DNA of 64,000 bases, from positions 53,827 to 117,826 of the forward strand of contig CAYPYB010000005.1 in NCBI GenBank assembly GCA_964415115.1, given 5' to 3'. Positions within the stretch are counted from its first letter, which is position 1. Each line of letters starts with the position of its first letter. Source of the stretch: an uncultured Candidatus Pelagibacter sp. Lineage in GTDB: Bacteria; Pseudomonadota; Alphaproteobacteria; Paracaedibacterales; CAIOTO01. Of the stretch, positions 8,501 through 18,817 are shown one piece after another. Position numbers and translations under genes: made by a program. Under the pieces are notes generated by a model. That model had not been told where the DNA came from and searched no databases. It saw only the letters and a program-made list of their open reading frames with translations.

Positions 8501-11083
8501 TTAATTGTTTTTTATGATCACTTTCTCACCATCTAAATCAGCGATAATACTATTTCCTTCATGAATTTCACCAGATAAAATTTTCATAGCCAAAACATCA
8601 ACTACCTGCGACTGAATAAGTCTCTTTAAGGGTCTGGCTCCAAATAAGGGGTCAAATCCTCGTTCTGCCAACCAATCTATCAACTGATCAGATAACGTCA
8701 GATGTATGCGTTGTTCCTCCAAACGTTTCATCAAACTTTTTAACTGGATATTTACAATAATTTGCATATCTTCTAAACGAAGGCGATTGAAGATCACAAT
8801 TTCATCTAAACGATTTATAAATTCGGGTCTAAAATTAGCATGTACTTGTTGCATAATTTGCTGTTTTGTACCTTCAGACAGAATACCTTCTACATTATAA
8901 GAACCTTCAGCAAACAAAAGATTTGCACCAATATTAGACGTTAAAACAATAATAGTATTTTTAAAATCAACAGTATGACCTTGACTGTCTGTTAAACGGC
9001 CATCATCAAGAACTTGAAGCAGGATGTTAAAAACATCTGGATGCGCTTTTTCTACTTCATCAAATAAAATAACAGCATAAGGACGACGTCTTATGGCTTC
9101 TGTTAATGTTCCACCTTGATCAAACCCTACATACCCAGGAGGGGCTCCTATCAATCTTGAAATGGAATGTTTTTCCATATATTCTGACATGTCAAAACGG
9201 ATCATATTTTCTTCATGATCAAATAAGTTATGCGCCAATGCTTTGCACAATTCTGTTTTACCCACACCCGTTGGTCCTAAAAATAGAAAAGACCCTAAAG
9301 GTCTACGTAGATCTTGTAAACCTGAACGTGCGCGTCTAACTGCATTACTTAATGCTTTCAAAGCATCGGTTTGGCCCACAACTTTTTTAGATAATTCGTC
9401 TTCTAAATGAATCAGTTTTTCTTTTTCACCTTGAAGCATTTTTTCTAAAGGAATGCCTGTCCAACGTGAAACTACAAAAGCAATATCTTGTTCTGTAACC
9501 TCTTCTTTACGTGCTTGTCCTGCTTGCATTGCATATAAATTTTCTAACTTAGCTTCTAATGCTGGCAAACGACTGTATAAGATTTCACTAGCTTTTGTGA
9601 AGTCTCCGTTGGTTTGTGCTTTTTCTTGCTCCATTTTCAAATGATCTATTTCAGTTTTAATGGACCTTATATAATCTAAAAGCTTTTTATCTTTTTGCCA
9701 AACATCATTTAACGTTTGAGAATTACGATATAAATCTTCCAAGTCGTTTTCAAGCTTCTTTAATCGTTCTTGCGATGCTGAATCTGTTTCCTTTTTTAAT
9801 GCTTCTTTTTCAATACGTAATTGTAAAATACGGCGATCTAATTCATCAATATCTTCTGGTTTAGAATCCACAACCATACGCAAACGACTTGCTGCTTCAT
9901 CCATTAAATCAATAGCTTTATCAGGCAAAAACCGATCGGCAATATAACGATTGGAAAATGTACTGGCAGCAACAATCGCGGAATCACTAATACGAATACC
10001 ATGATGAAGTTCATACTTCTCTTTTAATCCACGAAGGATAGAAATCGTATCTTCAACGGTAGGTTCAGAAACATAAACTGCTTGAAAACGACGTGCTAAA
10101 GCGGGATCTTTTTCAATATGTTGCCTGTATTCATCTAAGGTTGTCGCACCAATGCAATGCAATTCACCACGCGCTAAGGCGGGCTTTAACATATTGGATG
10201 CATCCATAGCACCATCAGATTTTCCAGCACCAACCAATGTATGAAGCTCATCTATGAATAACACAATATTTTCATCAGATTCTGTCACTTCTTTTAAAAG
10301 TGATTTAAGTCTTTCTTCAAAATCTCCGCGGTATTTCGCACCAGCAAGCATAGATGCAAGATCTAAGACCCTGATGGTTGCGTTATGTAGAATTTCTGGA
10401 ACATCTTTTTTTATAATACGTTGAGCTAAGCCTTCAACAATTGCGGTCTTACCAACCCCCGGTTCACCAATAAGAACAGGATTATTTTTGGTACGACGAC
10501 ATAATACTTGAATAGCTCTTCTTATTTCTTCGTCTCTGCCAATGACAGGATCTAATTTTCCATCCCTAGCTGCAGCTGTTAAATTATGGGTGAATTTTTC
10601 AAGATTCTGATAAGATTGATCTTTGGTTTCTGTATCCACTTTAGAACCCCTTCGCATTTTCAATATATTTTTTTCAACATTTTCCGGTGTTATCGTATTG
10701 CCACAAATTTTTTTAATTTCATGATTTAATGTTAGAGAATAAAACAAGCACTCTTGTGAAACAAAAGAATCACCCCATTTTTCTGCAATTTTAAGTGCTT
10801 CTTGTAAAGATTTTGCAAGATTTTGAGAAATATAAATTTGCTGACTCGATGATTGAACTTGAGGGATTTTTTTCAATTCTTCAAGAATTTTATTTTGTAT
10901 AATTTTTAAATCAATCGATTTACCATGATGATCTACAGTGTAATAATGAACATTATCATCATCTAAGGATGCTTTAAAAACATGAATCGATTCAACAAAT
11001 TGATGGTTGCTTTGCAAAGTTAACTGGTGTGCTTTTTGCAAAGTCTCTTGTGCTTTTAAAGTAAAACGTGTTAAATCAAACAT
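8501..11083 (-). CDS. clpB: ATP-dependent disaggregase ClpB
   Basis: 860 aa with two AAA+ modules ([13 protein letters not shown] and [15 protein letters not shown]), a middle coiled-coil and a GARPLKR sensor motif. Confidence 0.95.
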   Translation of the reverse strand: MFDLTRFTLKAQETLQKAHQLTLQSNHQFVESIHVFKASLDDDNVHYYTVDHHGKSIDLKIIQNKILEELKKIPQVQSSSQQIYISQNLAKSLQEALKIAEKWGDSFVSQECLFYSLTLNHEIKKICGNTITPENVEKNILKMRRGSKVDTETKDQSYQNLEKFTHNLTAAARDGKLDPVIGRDEEIRRAIQVLCRRTKNNPVLIGEPGVGKTAIVEGLAQRIIKKDVPEILHNATIRVLDLASMLAGAKYRGDFEERLKSLLKEVTESDENIVLFIDELHTLVGAGKSDGAMDASNMLKPALARGELHCIGATTLDEYRQHIEKDPALARRFQAVYVSEPTVEDTISILRGLKEKYELHHGIRISDSAIVAASTFSNRYIADRFLPDKAIDLMDEAASRLRMVVDSKPEDIDELDRRILQLRIEKEALKKETDSASQERLKKLENDLEDLYRNSQTLNDVWQKDKKLLDYIRSIKTEIDHLKMEQEKAQTNGDFTKASEILYSRLPALEAKLENLYAMQAGQARKEEVTEQDIAFVVSRWTGIPLEKMLQGEKEKLIHLEDELSKKVVGQTDALKALSNAVRRARSGLQDLRRPLGSFLFLGPTGVGKTELCKALAHNLFDHEENMIRFDMSEYMEKHSISRLIGAPPGYVGFDQGGTLTEAIRRRPYAVILFDEVEKAHPDVFNILLQVLDDGRLTDSQGHTVDFKNTIIVLTSNIGANLLFAEGSYNVEGILSEGTKQQIMQQVHANFRPEFINRLDEIVIFNRLRLEDMQIIVNIQLKSLMKRLEEQRIHLTLSDQLIDWLAERGFDPLFGARPLKRLIQSQVVDVLAMKILSGEIHEGNSIIADLDGEKVIIKNN

Positions 11084-11180
11084 CGATACACCTACCCCTT
11101 ATGCGTACACATTAATTTAAATGCTTCAAATTAATAATATTTTAATTTGCACACTTTTATAATATACCAAAAATAAGCTA

Positions 11181-12431
11181 ATGAAAATAGATATGAAATC
11201 ATTTTTGAAAATTGCTAGTTCAATTGCCATATTATACGGTATTTTTTCTTACAATTCAGTAAAAGCTAATGCTTTATCATGGGAACCAACAAAACAATTA
11301 TGGGAAGAAAGTGTTTTATTGGCATCTGAAGCACTGGAAAAATACAAAACAAATAACCCAGGACTATCTTACGATAAGATAATACAACAATCTAAAATAG
11401 ATGCTGTCCTTTGGTACAATACAATGTTCACAAACTTTATGAAACAAACAGAAGTTTCTGCAATTTTATCACAAACAGGAATATCACATGATAGAATACA
11501 AAAAAAATCAAAAAATCAGTCTTTAAAAGAAAACTTTTTAAAACGTTTATTTTTACTGAGCATAATGTCTAATTTTAAATATATTTCAAACCAAATTGCA
11601 GAAGGCGCGAAAATCAATAGCACTTCAGCGACATCTATAGAATGGCCTTATCCTGTGTCATTAATCTATTCTCATGGAACAAGGGTTCTGGTAAAAATTG
11701 GTGGAAATCAGAATACATCCGAAACAATTTTTAATTGGTTAACGACAGGAAATCAAAATACGGAACCCTCATTTACACATTTACGATCCATATCGAGTCA
11801 CGGTACTGCCAAAAAAGGTGATTGTTCTACTTTATCGAATGCATCGTGTGAAATTAAAGAATTAAAACAAACGAGTTTTTCAGGAGTGTTTAAAAGTGCA
11901 ACCGACTCGTTAAGATCCCAACATAGATATATAAATGTTGCATTAGGAGGATTAGGTTATCTTGATTATTTTAATAACATCATCTCTTACAATGGTCACC
12001 GCATAAAAAGAAATAAAAACAACCAGTATGTTTTAGATGAATCAACTCAACATGGACATGTTTATACCTATTTAGGACCAGCTTCATTGTTGATAGGCGT
12101 AGAATCTTCCGCTCCAGGAAAACACGATATGTTTGAAAAAAATCATGATTTTACAAGTGGATTTAAAGACTCCACGGAATTACCATCCCCAACAGGCGGT
12201 CCAAAGATGCAAAAACTTTTAGGAACAAATGCGCCCAGTCAATATAACGGGATGATGGTGTATTTAGAAGAACAAGACTTTGAATTGATAAAAGAAAAAA
12301 TTAGATTTATTTTAGAACAGCCTTCATATAAACAAGCTTTACTATTTCAAGAACTTTTACTAAAAAACATATCTCATGGCAAAAATATTATTAACTCCTT
12401 TATTCAAAAGAATTCACCCCCGGCACAGTAA
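11181..12431 (+). CDS. hypothetical exported protein
   Basis: 416 aa with a signal-like N-terminus ending VKANA. I recognise no family. A His/Gly-rich block lies at aa ~285-345 (QHGHVYTYLGPASLLIGVESSAPGKHDMFEKNHDFTSG). Confidence 0.6.
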   Translation: MKIDMKSFLKIASSIAILYGIFSYNSVKANALSWEPTKQLWEESVLLASEALEKYKTNNPGLSYDKIIQQSKIDAVLWYNTMFTNFMKQTEVSAILSQTGISHDRIQKKSKNQSLKENFLKRLFLLSIMSNFKYISNQIAEGAKINSTSATSIEWPYPVSLIYSHGTRVLVKIGGNQNTSETIFNWLTTGNQNTEPSFTHLRSISSHGTAKKGDCSTLSNASCEIKELKQTSFSGVFKSATDSLRSQHRYINVALGGLGYLDYFNNIISYNGHRIKRNKNNQYVLDESTQHGHVYTYLGPASLLIGVESSAPGKHDMFEKNHDFTSGFKDSTELPSPTGGPKMQKLLGTNAPSQYNGMMVYLEEQDFELIKEKIRFILEQPSYKQALLFQELLLKNISHGKNIINSFIQKNSPPAQ

Positions 12432-12445
12432 ACCATAAGAAAATC

Positions 12446-12473
12446 AAAGTCTTAGTGATATCACTAAGACTTT
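12446..12473. terminator. perfect 28-bp palindrome between convergent genes (candidate bidirectional terminator)
   Basis: AAAGTCTTAGTGAT|ATCACTAAGACTTT has 14-nt perfect arms. It lies 15 nt after the + gene stop and 10 nt after the - gene stop. The flanking U-runs are modest. Confidence 0.6.
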
Positions 12474-12482
12474 CTTTGATTG

Positions 12483-13523
12483 TTAAGCGTTTAAATTCAT
12501 CTTCTTTAACTGATTTAAAATATTTGTGTACTCATCACCTTGCACTTTTGCAAGCCTCATGATCAGCCAATCTTTTTTCGTTACATGTTGAACTGCAAAT
12601 TCAGAATTACCTTTTTCTAAGATGCGATGAACTAATTTAAAGACTTTTTCCTTTACAGTTGCCATTTGAATTTGTTTTGATAATCCTTTTAAAGATTTAT
12701 GTTTCTCCATTTTTGAAAGTTGATCATCTATTTGATTTAAAGATAATTGTTCTTTTAAATAGGCTGATGCACTTTTAGATTCAGATCTACATTTTGATTC
12801 AGTAATAAAAATTTCAGGGTCATCTGATTCGTCAATATAGATACCATCAAATCCGTGGTTATTTCCCATCTTTGCATCGTTTAGATAATACTGAAAGGAC
12901 AGCATCGATAATTCCGTAGCTAATTCTCCTAAAACACCTCTTTCATCGTTGTTAGCTTTTTGATTGTTAAAGATCGTTGAAAAATCTTTAGTGAATTTCT
13001 TCAGATACTTTTCATTTTGTTCATCCCTTAATAATTCAATTTTAAATTTTTGATAGGAACTATATGACTTACTGACTTGCTTCATAATTGATTTTGCAGT
13101 TTTTACACCAGAATCGTCTTTCCAAAACAGCAAATAATTCCCGACATAATGCCTATTTTTTTGAATTTTTTTAGGAAAAATAAGATCTCCCTCTTGTATA
13201 TTATCCGTATGGATACTTAATGCATGAGTATCGAAATTGATATTGGCAATGTTAATTTCAAAGTTTCTTTTTCTTTTTATAAAATCTAAGACAACATTAT
13301 TGCCTAATGCATAGTGAACTTCTGTATCATTTTCAAGTTGATAATACCGAATGCTTTGAAATCTATGATGCCCTGTATCATATTCCACAAAACGAATAAG
13401 ATCTTTATTTTCATTACGAACAACATCGATATCTACAAAAATAAGGCATAAAGCATTTATTTTTAAAAGAAAAAAACCAATGGCTATTTTATAAAAAATA
13501 TTAATCATAAAAATGTCTATCAA
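12483..13523 (-). CDS. hypothetical membrane-anchored protein with a PD-(D/E)xK nuclease-like motif set
   Basis: 346 aa with an N-terminal TM helix (IAIGFFLLKINALCLIF). The C-terminal half carries RGVLGELATEL ... HGFDGIYID ... EIFITESKC, i.e. helix-E, strand-D and strand-ExK in the order and spacing typical of restriction-endonuclease-fold proteins. Confidence 0.55.
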   Translation of the reverse strand: MIDIFMINIFYKIAIGFFLLKINALCLIFVDIDVVRNENKDLIRFVEYDTGHHRFQSIRYYQLENDTEVHYALGNNVVLDFIKRKRNFEINIANINFDTHALSIHTDNIQEGDLIFPKKIQKNRHYVGNYLLFWKDDSGVKTAKSIMKQVSKSYSSYQKFKIELLRDEQNEKYLKKFTKDFSTIFNNQKANNDERGVLGELATELSMLSFQYYLNDAKMGNNHGFDGIYIDESDDPEIFITESKCRSESKSASAYLKEQLSLNQIDDQLSKMEKHKSLKGLSKQIQMATVKEKVFKLVHRILEKGNSEFAVQHVTKKDWLIMRLAKVQGDEYTNILNQLKKMNLNA

Positions 13524-13572
13524 TTACGGAATCGTATTATTATTAGAATATATACGAATAAAGAATAAATGA

Positions 13573-14685
13573 CTACGTGTATTTACTTAAAAATTCAACA
13601 AAAACTGAAATATCCATATTTTCGATGAACTGAATTTGTGTTTTTAATGAAAAATGAGGATGCTTTTCACATGGCATGTATACATCACAAGGAAAGGCAA
13701 AAGCAATTTTATGACCAGATTTTTTTTTGTCCATTTTTAATGACGTTTGAAAAATTTCCTGGTTCAGATTTCCAAGAACTTGAAGAGCTGACCTATTCAT
13801 ATTTAAAATTTTATGTAACGTATGCTTCAAAAGATCAAGATCTGGTGTAATTTCTCCAACCTGCTGTTGATACAAAAATAGTTCAGCTAATATGCCTACA
13901 CCTACTGCCAAACCATGTTCCATTTTATGAAAAGTTGCACTTTCAATAGCATGACCAATAGTGTGTCCAAAGTTTAGATTTTGTCTAATATTTTGATCAA
14001 ACTCGTCTATCTCTACAATGGTTGCTTTGATATTCAAAGATAATTCAATGATAGATGTAATATCAACTTTTATGGTTTCGTTTTTTATAACAAAATATTC
14101 AAGAAATTGATTTAATTTAGATCCTATAAATGCTGTTTTTAGGGCTTCAATCAAACCAGATGAAAATTGCGATAGTGTTAATGTATCGACAAAGTCAGGG
14201 TAAACAAATACTTGATAAGGCGGGTATACTGTCCCTACCACATTTTTTAATGACTGATAATTAACCGCACATTTTCCACCAATACACACATCAACCATAG
14301 ACACCAAAGTCGTTGGGACATATGTCCACTCCATACCTCTCATGTACGTTGCAACTGCGAAACCGCAAACATCATGCATAACACCACCACCAATTACCAG
14401 TATGCGTGCTGATTTTGTTAGTTTAAGATAAAGAAAAAAATCAATAATTTTTTGGTAAGTGATAAATGACTTTTCATCCTCTGAAATATCTAGAAACAAT
14501 ACTTTAGAATGATAAGGGATGAATGCTTTAAAATAACTATCAACTAAAACAGCGTCGTAATAATGAACTAAATGAATATCAAAAGGGTCTTTGAATATGT
14601 TTACTTCATAATTTCTTGATGATGATTTGACGATTCTTGAAACATTATCTGTTCTAGATTCATCTATCAATCTCTCAAAACACAT
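13573..14685 (-). CDS. aroB: 3-dehydroquinate synthase
   Basis: GGGVMHDVCGFAVATYMRGMEWTYVPTTLVSMVDVCIGGKCAVN, NFGHTIGHAIE, HGLAVGVG and a late DKKK block align with E. coli AroB as I recall it. The start lies 3 nt after the rho stop. Confidence 0.85.
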   Translation of the reverse strand: MCFERLIDESRTDNVSRIVKSSSRNYEVNIFKDPFDIHLVHYYDAVLVDSYFKAFIPYHSKVLFLDISEDEKSFITYQKIIDFFLYLKLTKSARILVIGGGVMHDVCGFAVATYMRGMEWTYVPTTLVSMVDVCIGGKCAVNYQSLKNVVGTVYPPYQVFVYPDFVDTLTLSQFSSGLIEALKTAFIGSKLNQFLEYFVIKNETIKVDITSIIELSLNIKATIVEIDEFDQNIRQNLNFGHTIGHAIESATFHKMEHGLAVGVGILAELFLYQQQVGEITPDLDLLKHTLHKILNMNRSALQVLGNLNQEIFQTSLKMDKKKSGHKIAFAFPCDVYMPCEKHPHFSLKTQIQFIENMDISVFVEFLSKYT

Positions 14686-14688
14686 ATA

Positions 14689-15957
14689 CTAGCTGTTCAT
14701 CGCGTGAAAAAAATCTTCATTTTTCTTGCTTAAGCGTAACTTATCCGATAAAAATTCCATAGCTTCTACAGAACCCATAGGATTAAGCAATCGTCTTAAT
14801 ACCCACATCTTTGTTAATTCGGCTTTGTCAGTGACAAGAAGTTCTTCACGACGTGTGCCCGAACGGTTAATATCAATGGCTGGGAACAATCGTTTATCAG
14901 ATATTTTTCTATCCATCACGATTTCAGAATTACCTGTACCTTTAAATTCTTCAAAGATGACTTCGTCCATTTTAGAACCTGTTTCAACTAATGCAGTTCC
15001 TATAATAGTTAAAGAACCACCCTCTTCGATATTACGTGCAGCACCAAATAATCTTTTGGGTCGTTGTAATGCATTTGCATCCACACCACCTGTCAAAACT
15101 TTACCTGAAGAAGGAATTACGGTGTTGTAAGCACGAGCCAATCGGGTAATTGAATCTAGTAAAATGACAACGTCTTTTTTCTGTTCGACTAATCTTTTTG
15201 CTTTTTCAATAACCATTTCAGCAACTTGAACATGTCGTTGTGCTGCTTCATCAAAAGTAGAAGTAATCACCTCGCCCTTTACAGAGCGCAGCATATCAGT
15301 TACTTCTTCAGGACGTTCATCAATAAGAAGCATGATAAGATGAATTTCTGGATAGTTGGTTGAAATCGATTCTGCAATTTTTTGAAGCATCACAGTTTTA
15401 CCTGTTCGAGGAGGAGCAACCAACAAAGCACGTTGACCTCTACCCATAGGTGAAACCATATCTATAATTCGTTGCGTTAAATTTTTGTCTGATCCTGGCT
15501 TTGGATTCTCGATTTCAAAACGCAATCTTTCATCAGGGTGTAAAGGCGTTAAATTGTCAAAGTGAATGCGTTGTTTCGATAATGCAGGGTCACCATAGTT
15601 GACTTTATCCACAGTAATTAATGCGAAATATTTTTCAGTCTCACTAGGAGCTTCTATCGTACCATCTATGGTATCACCCGTTAATAATCCATATTTTTTA
15701 ATCAAATGTGGCGGCACATAGATATCGTCTGAACATGGTAGATAGTTTGAATCGGCGTGACGCAAAAAACCGAAACCGTCAGATAGAACTTCTATGACAC
15801 CATCACCGTAAATGGCTTGCCCTTGTTCGGCATATTTTTTTAAAATATTCACAATCAAGTCTTGTTTGCGACATGAACCTGAATATTCAAGTCCTAATTC
15901 ATCAGACATTTTAAGTAAATCCGTCGGGGATTTCTTTTTCAAATCTTTCAAAAACAT
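14689..15957 (-). CDS. rho: transcription termination factor Rho
   Basis: N-terminal Rho_N region ([18 protein letters not shown]), an RNA-binding GFGFLR motif, Walker A PPRTGKT and LIDERPEEV. Confidence 0.96.
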   Translation of the reverse strand: MFLKDLKKKSPTDLLKMSDELGLEYSGSCRKQDLIVNILKKYAEQGQAIYGDGVIEVLSDGFGFLRHADSNYLPCSDDIYVPPHLIKKYGLLTGDTIDGTIEAPSETEKYFALITVDKVNYGDPALSKQRIHFDNLTPLHPDERLRFEIENPKPGSDKNLTQRIIDMVSPMGRGQRALLVAPPRTGKTVMLQKIAESISTNYPEIHLIMLLIDERPEEVTDMLRSVKGEVITSTFDEAAQRHVQVAEMVIEKAKRLVEQKKDVVILLDSITRLARAYNTVIPSSGKVLTGGVDANALQRPKRLFGAARNIEEGGSLTIIGTALVETGSKMDEVIFEEFKGTGNSEIVMDRKISDKRLFPAIDINRSGTRREELLVTDKAELTKMWVLRRLLNPMGSVEAMEFLSDKLRLSKKNEDFFHAMNS

Positions 15958-15979
15958 ATGGTACTAACTCGCTGAAAAT

Positions 15980-16420
15980 TTAGAATGGTTTGTAAACAAC
16001 CAAAAGTAAAATAAAAACTAAAATTATTGTGGGAACTTCATTAAGAATTCGAAAATACTTGCCTGAATATTTTTCAGAACGTAGAGCTAATTGCTCGCTG
16101 CAAGCTTTCATGTAATATTGAAACATAATTAAGAGCAATATGCAACATAATTTCGCATGCAACCACCCTGCTTGTTGATTGTGAGGCAAAAGAAACAGCA
16201 AACATCCAAATAAAAGAGAACTGTGCATAGCCGGAACCATGATCACTTTAAAAAGTTTAGATGCCATAAGATCTAGTGTTTTTTTGGTATCGTTTAATTC
16301 TGTTTCACAGTGATAAACAAGCAATCTTGGAAAATAAAATAATCCTGCCATCCAAGCAAAAACTGATAAAAGATGGAAAAATTTTATCAAGGAATAATGT
16401 TTAATTAAAAATGACATCAT
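15980..16420 (-). CDS. hemJ: protoporphyrinogen IX oxidase HemJ (UPF0093 family)
   Basis: 146-aa four-TM protein with FHLLSVFAWMAGLFYFPRLLVYH, the family hallmark. Confidence 0.85.
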   Translation of the reverse strand: MMSFLIKHYSLIKFFHLLSVFAWMAGLFYFPRLLVYHCETELNDTKKTLDLMASKLFKVIMVPAMHSSLLFGCLLFLLPHNQQAGWLHAKLCCILLLIMFQYYMKACSEQLALRSEKYSGKYFRILNEVPTIILVFILLLVVYKPF

Positions 16421-16448
16421 GTAAAAAGGGAGCTTTCGCCCCCATAAA

Positions 16449-16586
16449 TTAATGAGATATAATCTCTTTGGACTTAAAAATATTATAGTGTTTTAAAATA
16501 CGCATAACAACATAATTGCTCACCATTTTTTCAATTGCATAACCATATTCAGCTGTGTGGCTTACTTCTAAATTTAATTCTTTCAT
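16449..16586 (-). CDS. possible small protein (45 aa)
   Basis: An internal ATG of the tracked 70-aa ORF is preceded by GGAG 7 nt upstream (GGAGATTTGCAATG). The product is MKELNLEVSHTAEYGYAIEKMVSNYVVMRILKHYNIFKSKEIISH. No family is recognised. Confidence 0.3.
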   Translation of the reverse strand: MKELNLEVSHTAEYGYAIEKMVSNYVVMRILKHYNIFKSKEIISH

Positions 16587-16667
16587 TGCAAATCTCCGAC
16601 CAATTATTAGAAATATATTAACAAATAAAGAGCAATATGTAAAACAATAAATAATTATCAATATAGA

Positions 16668-17372
16668 CTAATCGATATTAATGGAAATATTGCGATACAT
16701 AATTCCTTCATCATTTTTTTGAATAGTGATATTTATTTTTATATAATTTTTATGAATGTATGGCTCTGCCAACTGGGGCCATTCGGTTAAAACCAAATAA
16801 TCATCCGCATTAATATAGTCCATAAATTCGATGTCAAATAAATCATCTGTGGTTTTCAAACGATACAAATCTGCGTGGACGATTTTGGTCTGCTCACACT
16901 GATATTCTTGCATAATATTAAAGGTAGGGCTTTTAATTTCAGAAAGATAAACCTGAGTTAATTTTGAAATCAGCAACTTAGACAATGCTGTCTTTCCAGC
17001 ACCCAAATCACCAACCAACCCTATATTAAAACCTTTATTAGAGTGTGTTTTTAACCATAAAGCTAAGCCTTCAGACCAAAAGTTCAGCTCTTCAAGATTA
17101 TGAATTGCAAATTGCCTACCTTGCCATGCATCTAACAAAAGAAAACTAAACCTCTTAAATGGGTTTGGAAATTCTTGATCATGAATAAACCACTGCATTA
17201 AAGCTTCTTCTGAATGATTGAGCAGGTCCAGAAATAACTGCCAATCATCTGTACTCCAATATTTTACCGCATTATCTTTATAGCTATCTAGAAAACGCTT
17301 GAAAATAAAATCGAGTTCTCTTGTTCCCCGGTATTGCGCTTTATACAAAGCTTCCTTGATCAAAGATTCCAT
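16668..17372 (-). CDS. tsaE: fusion protein: SdhE/SDHAF2-like flavinylation factor (N-terminal) plus tRNA t6A ATPase TsaE (C-terminal)
   Basis: The N-terminal ~85 aa (YKAQYRGTRELDFIFKRFLD ... DDWQLFLDLLNHSEEALMQW) match SdhE. The C-terminus (GLVGDLGAGKTALSKLL, SPTFNIMQEY, HADLYRL, LTEWP) matches TsaE. The tracked start at 17405 overlaps surA. The ATG at 17372 (MESLIKE) removes that overlap. Confidence 0.8.
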   Translation of the reverse strand: MESLIKEALYKAQYRGTRELDFIFKRFLDSYKDNAVKYWSTDDWQLFLDLLNHSEEALMQWFIHDQEFPNPFKRFSFLLLDAWQGRQFAIHNLEELNFWSEGLALWLKTHSNKGFNIGLVGDLGAGKTALSKLLISKLTQVYLSEIKSPTFNIMQEYQCEQTKIVHADLYRLKTTDDLFDIEFMDYINADDYLVLTEWPQLAEPYIHKNYIKINITIQKNDEGIMYRNISINID

Positions 17373-17382
17373 AAACACACAT

Positions 17383-18657
17383 TTAGCGTTGCATTCTGTA
17401 TTCAATTTTCGCTCTTGCTTTAACCTTATTGAATTCGATTATAGCAAGGTCCTGAATCTTCTTTTCCATCAATGCTTGCTTAATCATTTTCTTAGTAGGA
17501 ACCACGTCTTTACCTGCTTTTGTTTCAGAACATTTCATCAAAAAAAGCAATTCATTTTCTGAAATTTTCAAAGGTTTATCAATACGTCCTACTTTCATTT
17601 GATACACAATTTTTTGAAGTACATCGGGGAGTTCACCATATGCTTTGTTGTCCACTTTAGAAACTTCCAGCCCGTGTTTTTCACCACTTTTCGCAAAAGA
17701 ATCGCATGTGACTGAAGAAGATGTTTCATTCATATAATTCTGAAGCGTTTCTGGAACTTCGGAAACATTAGTATCTTGAAATATATATTTTGCCATAACA
17801 TAGCTAACTTTTGCTTCTTTTTCAGAAAGTTCTCCTGATTTTTTGCGATCTAAGCATTGGAAAATTACCCAACGATTTCCTATTTGTATAGGCTGGGTAA
17901 ACTCCCCTACTTTTAAATTCTTCGCCTGTTCTGGAGCAAGATGAATATCCATCCACCCAATAACACCACCTTGAGCACTAGAAGGAACTTGTGAAAAATT
18001 TCGAGCAACAACTACGAAAGGTACACCTTGCTGTAAATTCTTATGAGCTTCCTTAATTTTGCTTTCGGTGTGCCCCAAGCTGTCTTTTGTGTTTGTAAAA
18101 TAAACAATTTCACCCATTAAAATTTGATCTTTTTTACTCAAAGCCTCAAGTCTAGCCTTTTCCTTTTCCACATCTGTCTGTGTAACTTGAATAGTTGAAC
18201 CAAACACTGCACGAACTGTTTTCATCCATAATATGTTAACTTTTATACGTTCAGCAAGTGTTGAAACAGGAACACCCTTTTCAGAAAAAAACTTCTTCAT
18301 TTGATCCAAATTCATATTATTTTCTGATGCTAAATGAGCCAAAGATTCATTAATTTCTTCCATAGAAACACTAATATCTGCTTTTTCGGCCAACTGTTTT
18401 TGCAATTTTTCCTGAACAAGAGCCTCTAAAACCTGTGATTTTAATTCTGCTGTTATAGGATCGTCTACTCTACCTGATGAGAGAAGAATGAGCTTAGCTC
18501 TTTTATAAATATCACCGTAAGTTACAACATCCTGATTCACAACAACAGCGATCTGTGCTTCAGAGGCATTGTTAATAACTCCACCAGAAGGCGTTACAGC
18601 CATTACAGCCAACGAACTAAAACAATACCATGCTAAAATTAAATTTCTCTTCATCAT
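17383..18657 (-). CDS. surA: periplasmic chaperone / parvulin-type PPIase SurA
   Basis: Signal peptide, a SurA N-domain (AVVVNQDVVTYGDIYKRAKL) and one parvulin domain (FVVVARNFSQVPSSAQGGVIGWM ... GNRWVIFQ). Confidence 0.85.
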   Translation of the reverse strand: MMKRNLILAWYCFSSLAVMAVTPSGGVINNASEAQIAVVVNQDVVTYGDIYKRAKLILLSSGRVDDPITAELKSQVLEALVQEKLQKQLAEKADISVSMEEINESLAHLASENNMNLDQMKKFFSEKGVPVSTLAERIKVNILWMKTVRAVFGSTIQVTQTDVEKEKARLEALSKKDQILMGEIVYFTNTKDSLGHTESKIKEAHKNLQQGVPFVVVARNFSQVPSSAQGGVIGWMDIHLAPEQAKNLKVGEFTQPIQIGNRWVIFQCLDRKKSGELSEKEAKVSYVMAKYIFQDTNVSEVPETLQNYMNETSSSVTCDSFAKSGEKHGLEVSKVDNKAYGELPDVLQKIVYQMKVGRIDKPLKISENELLFLMKCSETKAGKDVVPTKKMIKQALMEKKIQDLAIIEFNKVKARAKIEYRMQR

Positions 18658-18817
18658 TATTTATTTCCTAAAATCACAACATTTTATAGTAGGCTGAAAA
18701 AAGATAGTGCCGAACACGTTAATTATTCATCTAATATAATGCAGTTCATGATATCATATTTTTTGTGGTTTTGTAAAAAGAATAAAAGAATACTGATTCG
18801 GAAATTAAAAATTGTTA

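Noticed and set aside
11099-11130. Sigma-32-like promoter upstream of clpB (TTTGAA - 17 nt - TACGCATAA on the minus strand)
   Set aside because: The -10 match to CCCCATNT is poor. It would also place the transcription start on top of the ribosome-binding site, only ~10-15 nt from the ATG. It is not supportable without TSS data.
14726-15130. Antisense 'shadow' ORFs nested inside well-supported genes. This one lies in rho. Others are 3215-3490 in era, 4073-4429 in the DUF4167 gene, 21690-22025 in lptD, 34057-34389 in metK, 53063-53443 in aroA, 57690-57944 in secD and 63458-63770 in the Ser-rich ORF.
   Set aside because: Each lies entirely within, and opposite to, a gene with strong motif support. 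None has family resemblance, and their composition mirrors the complement of the real frame.
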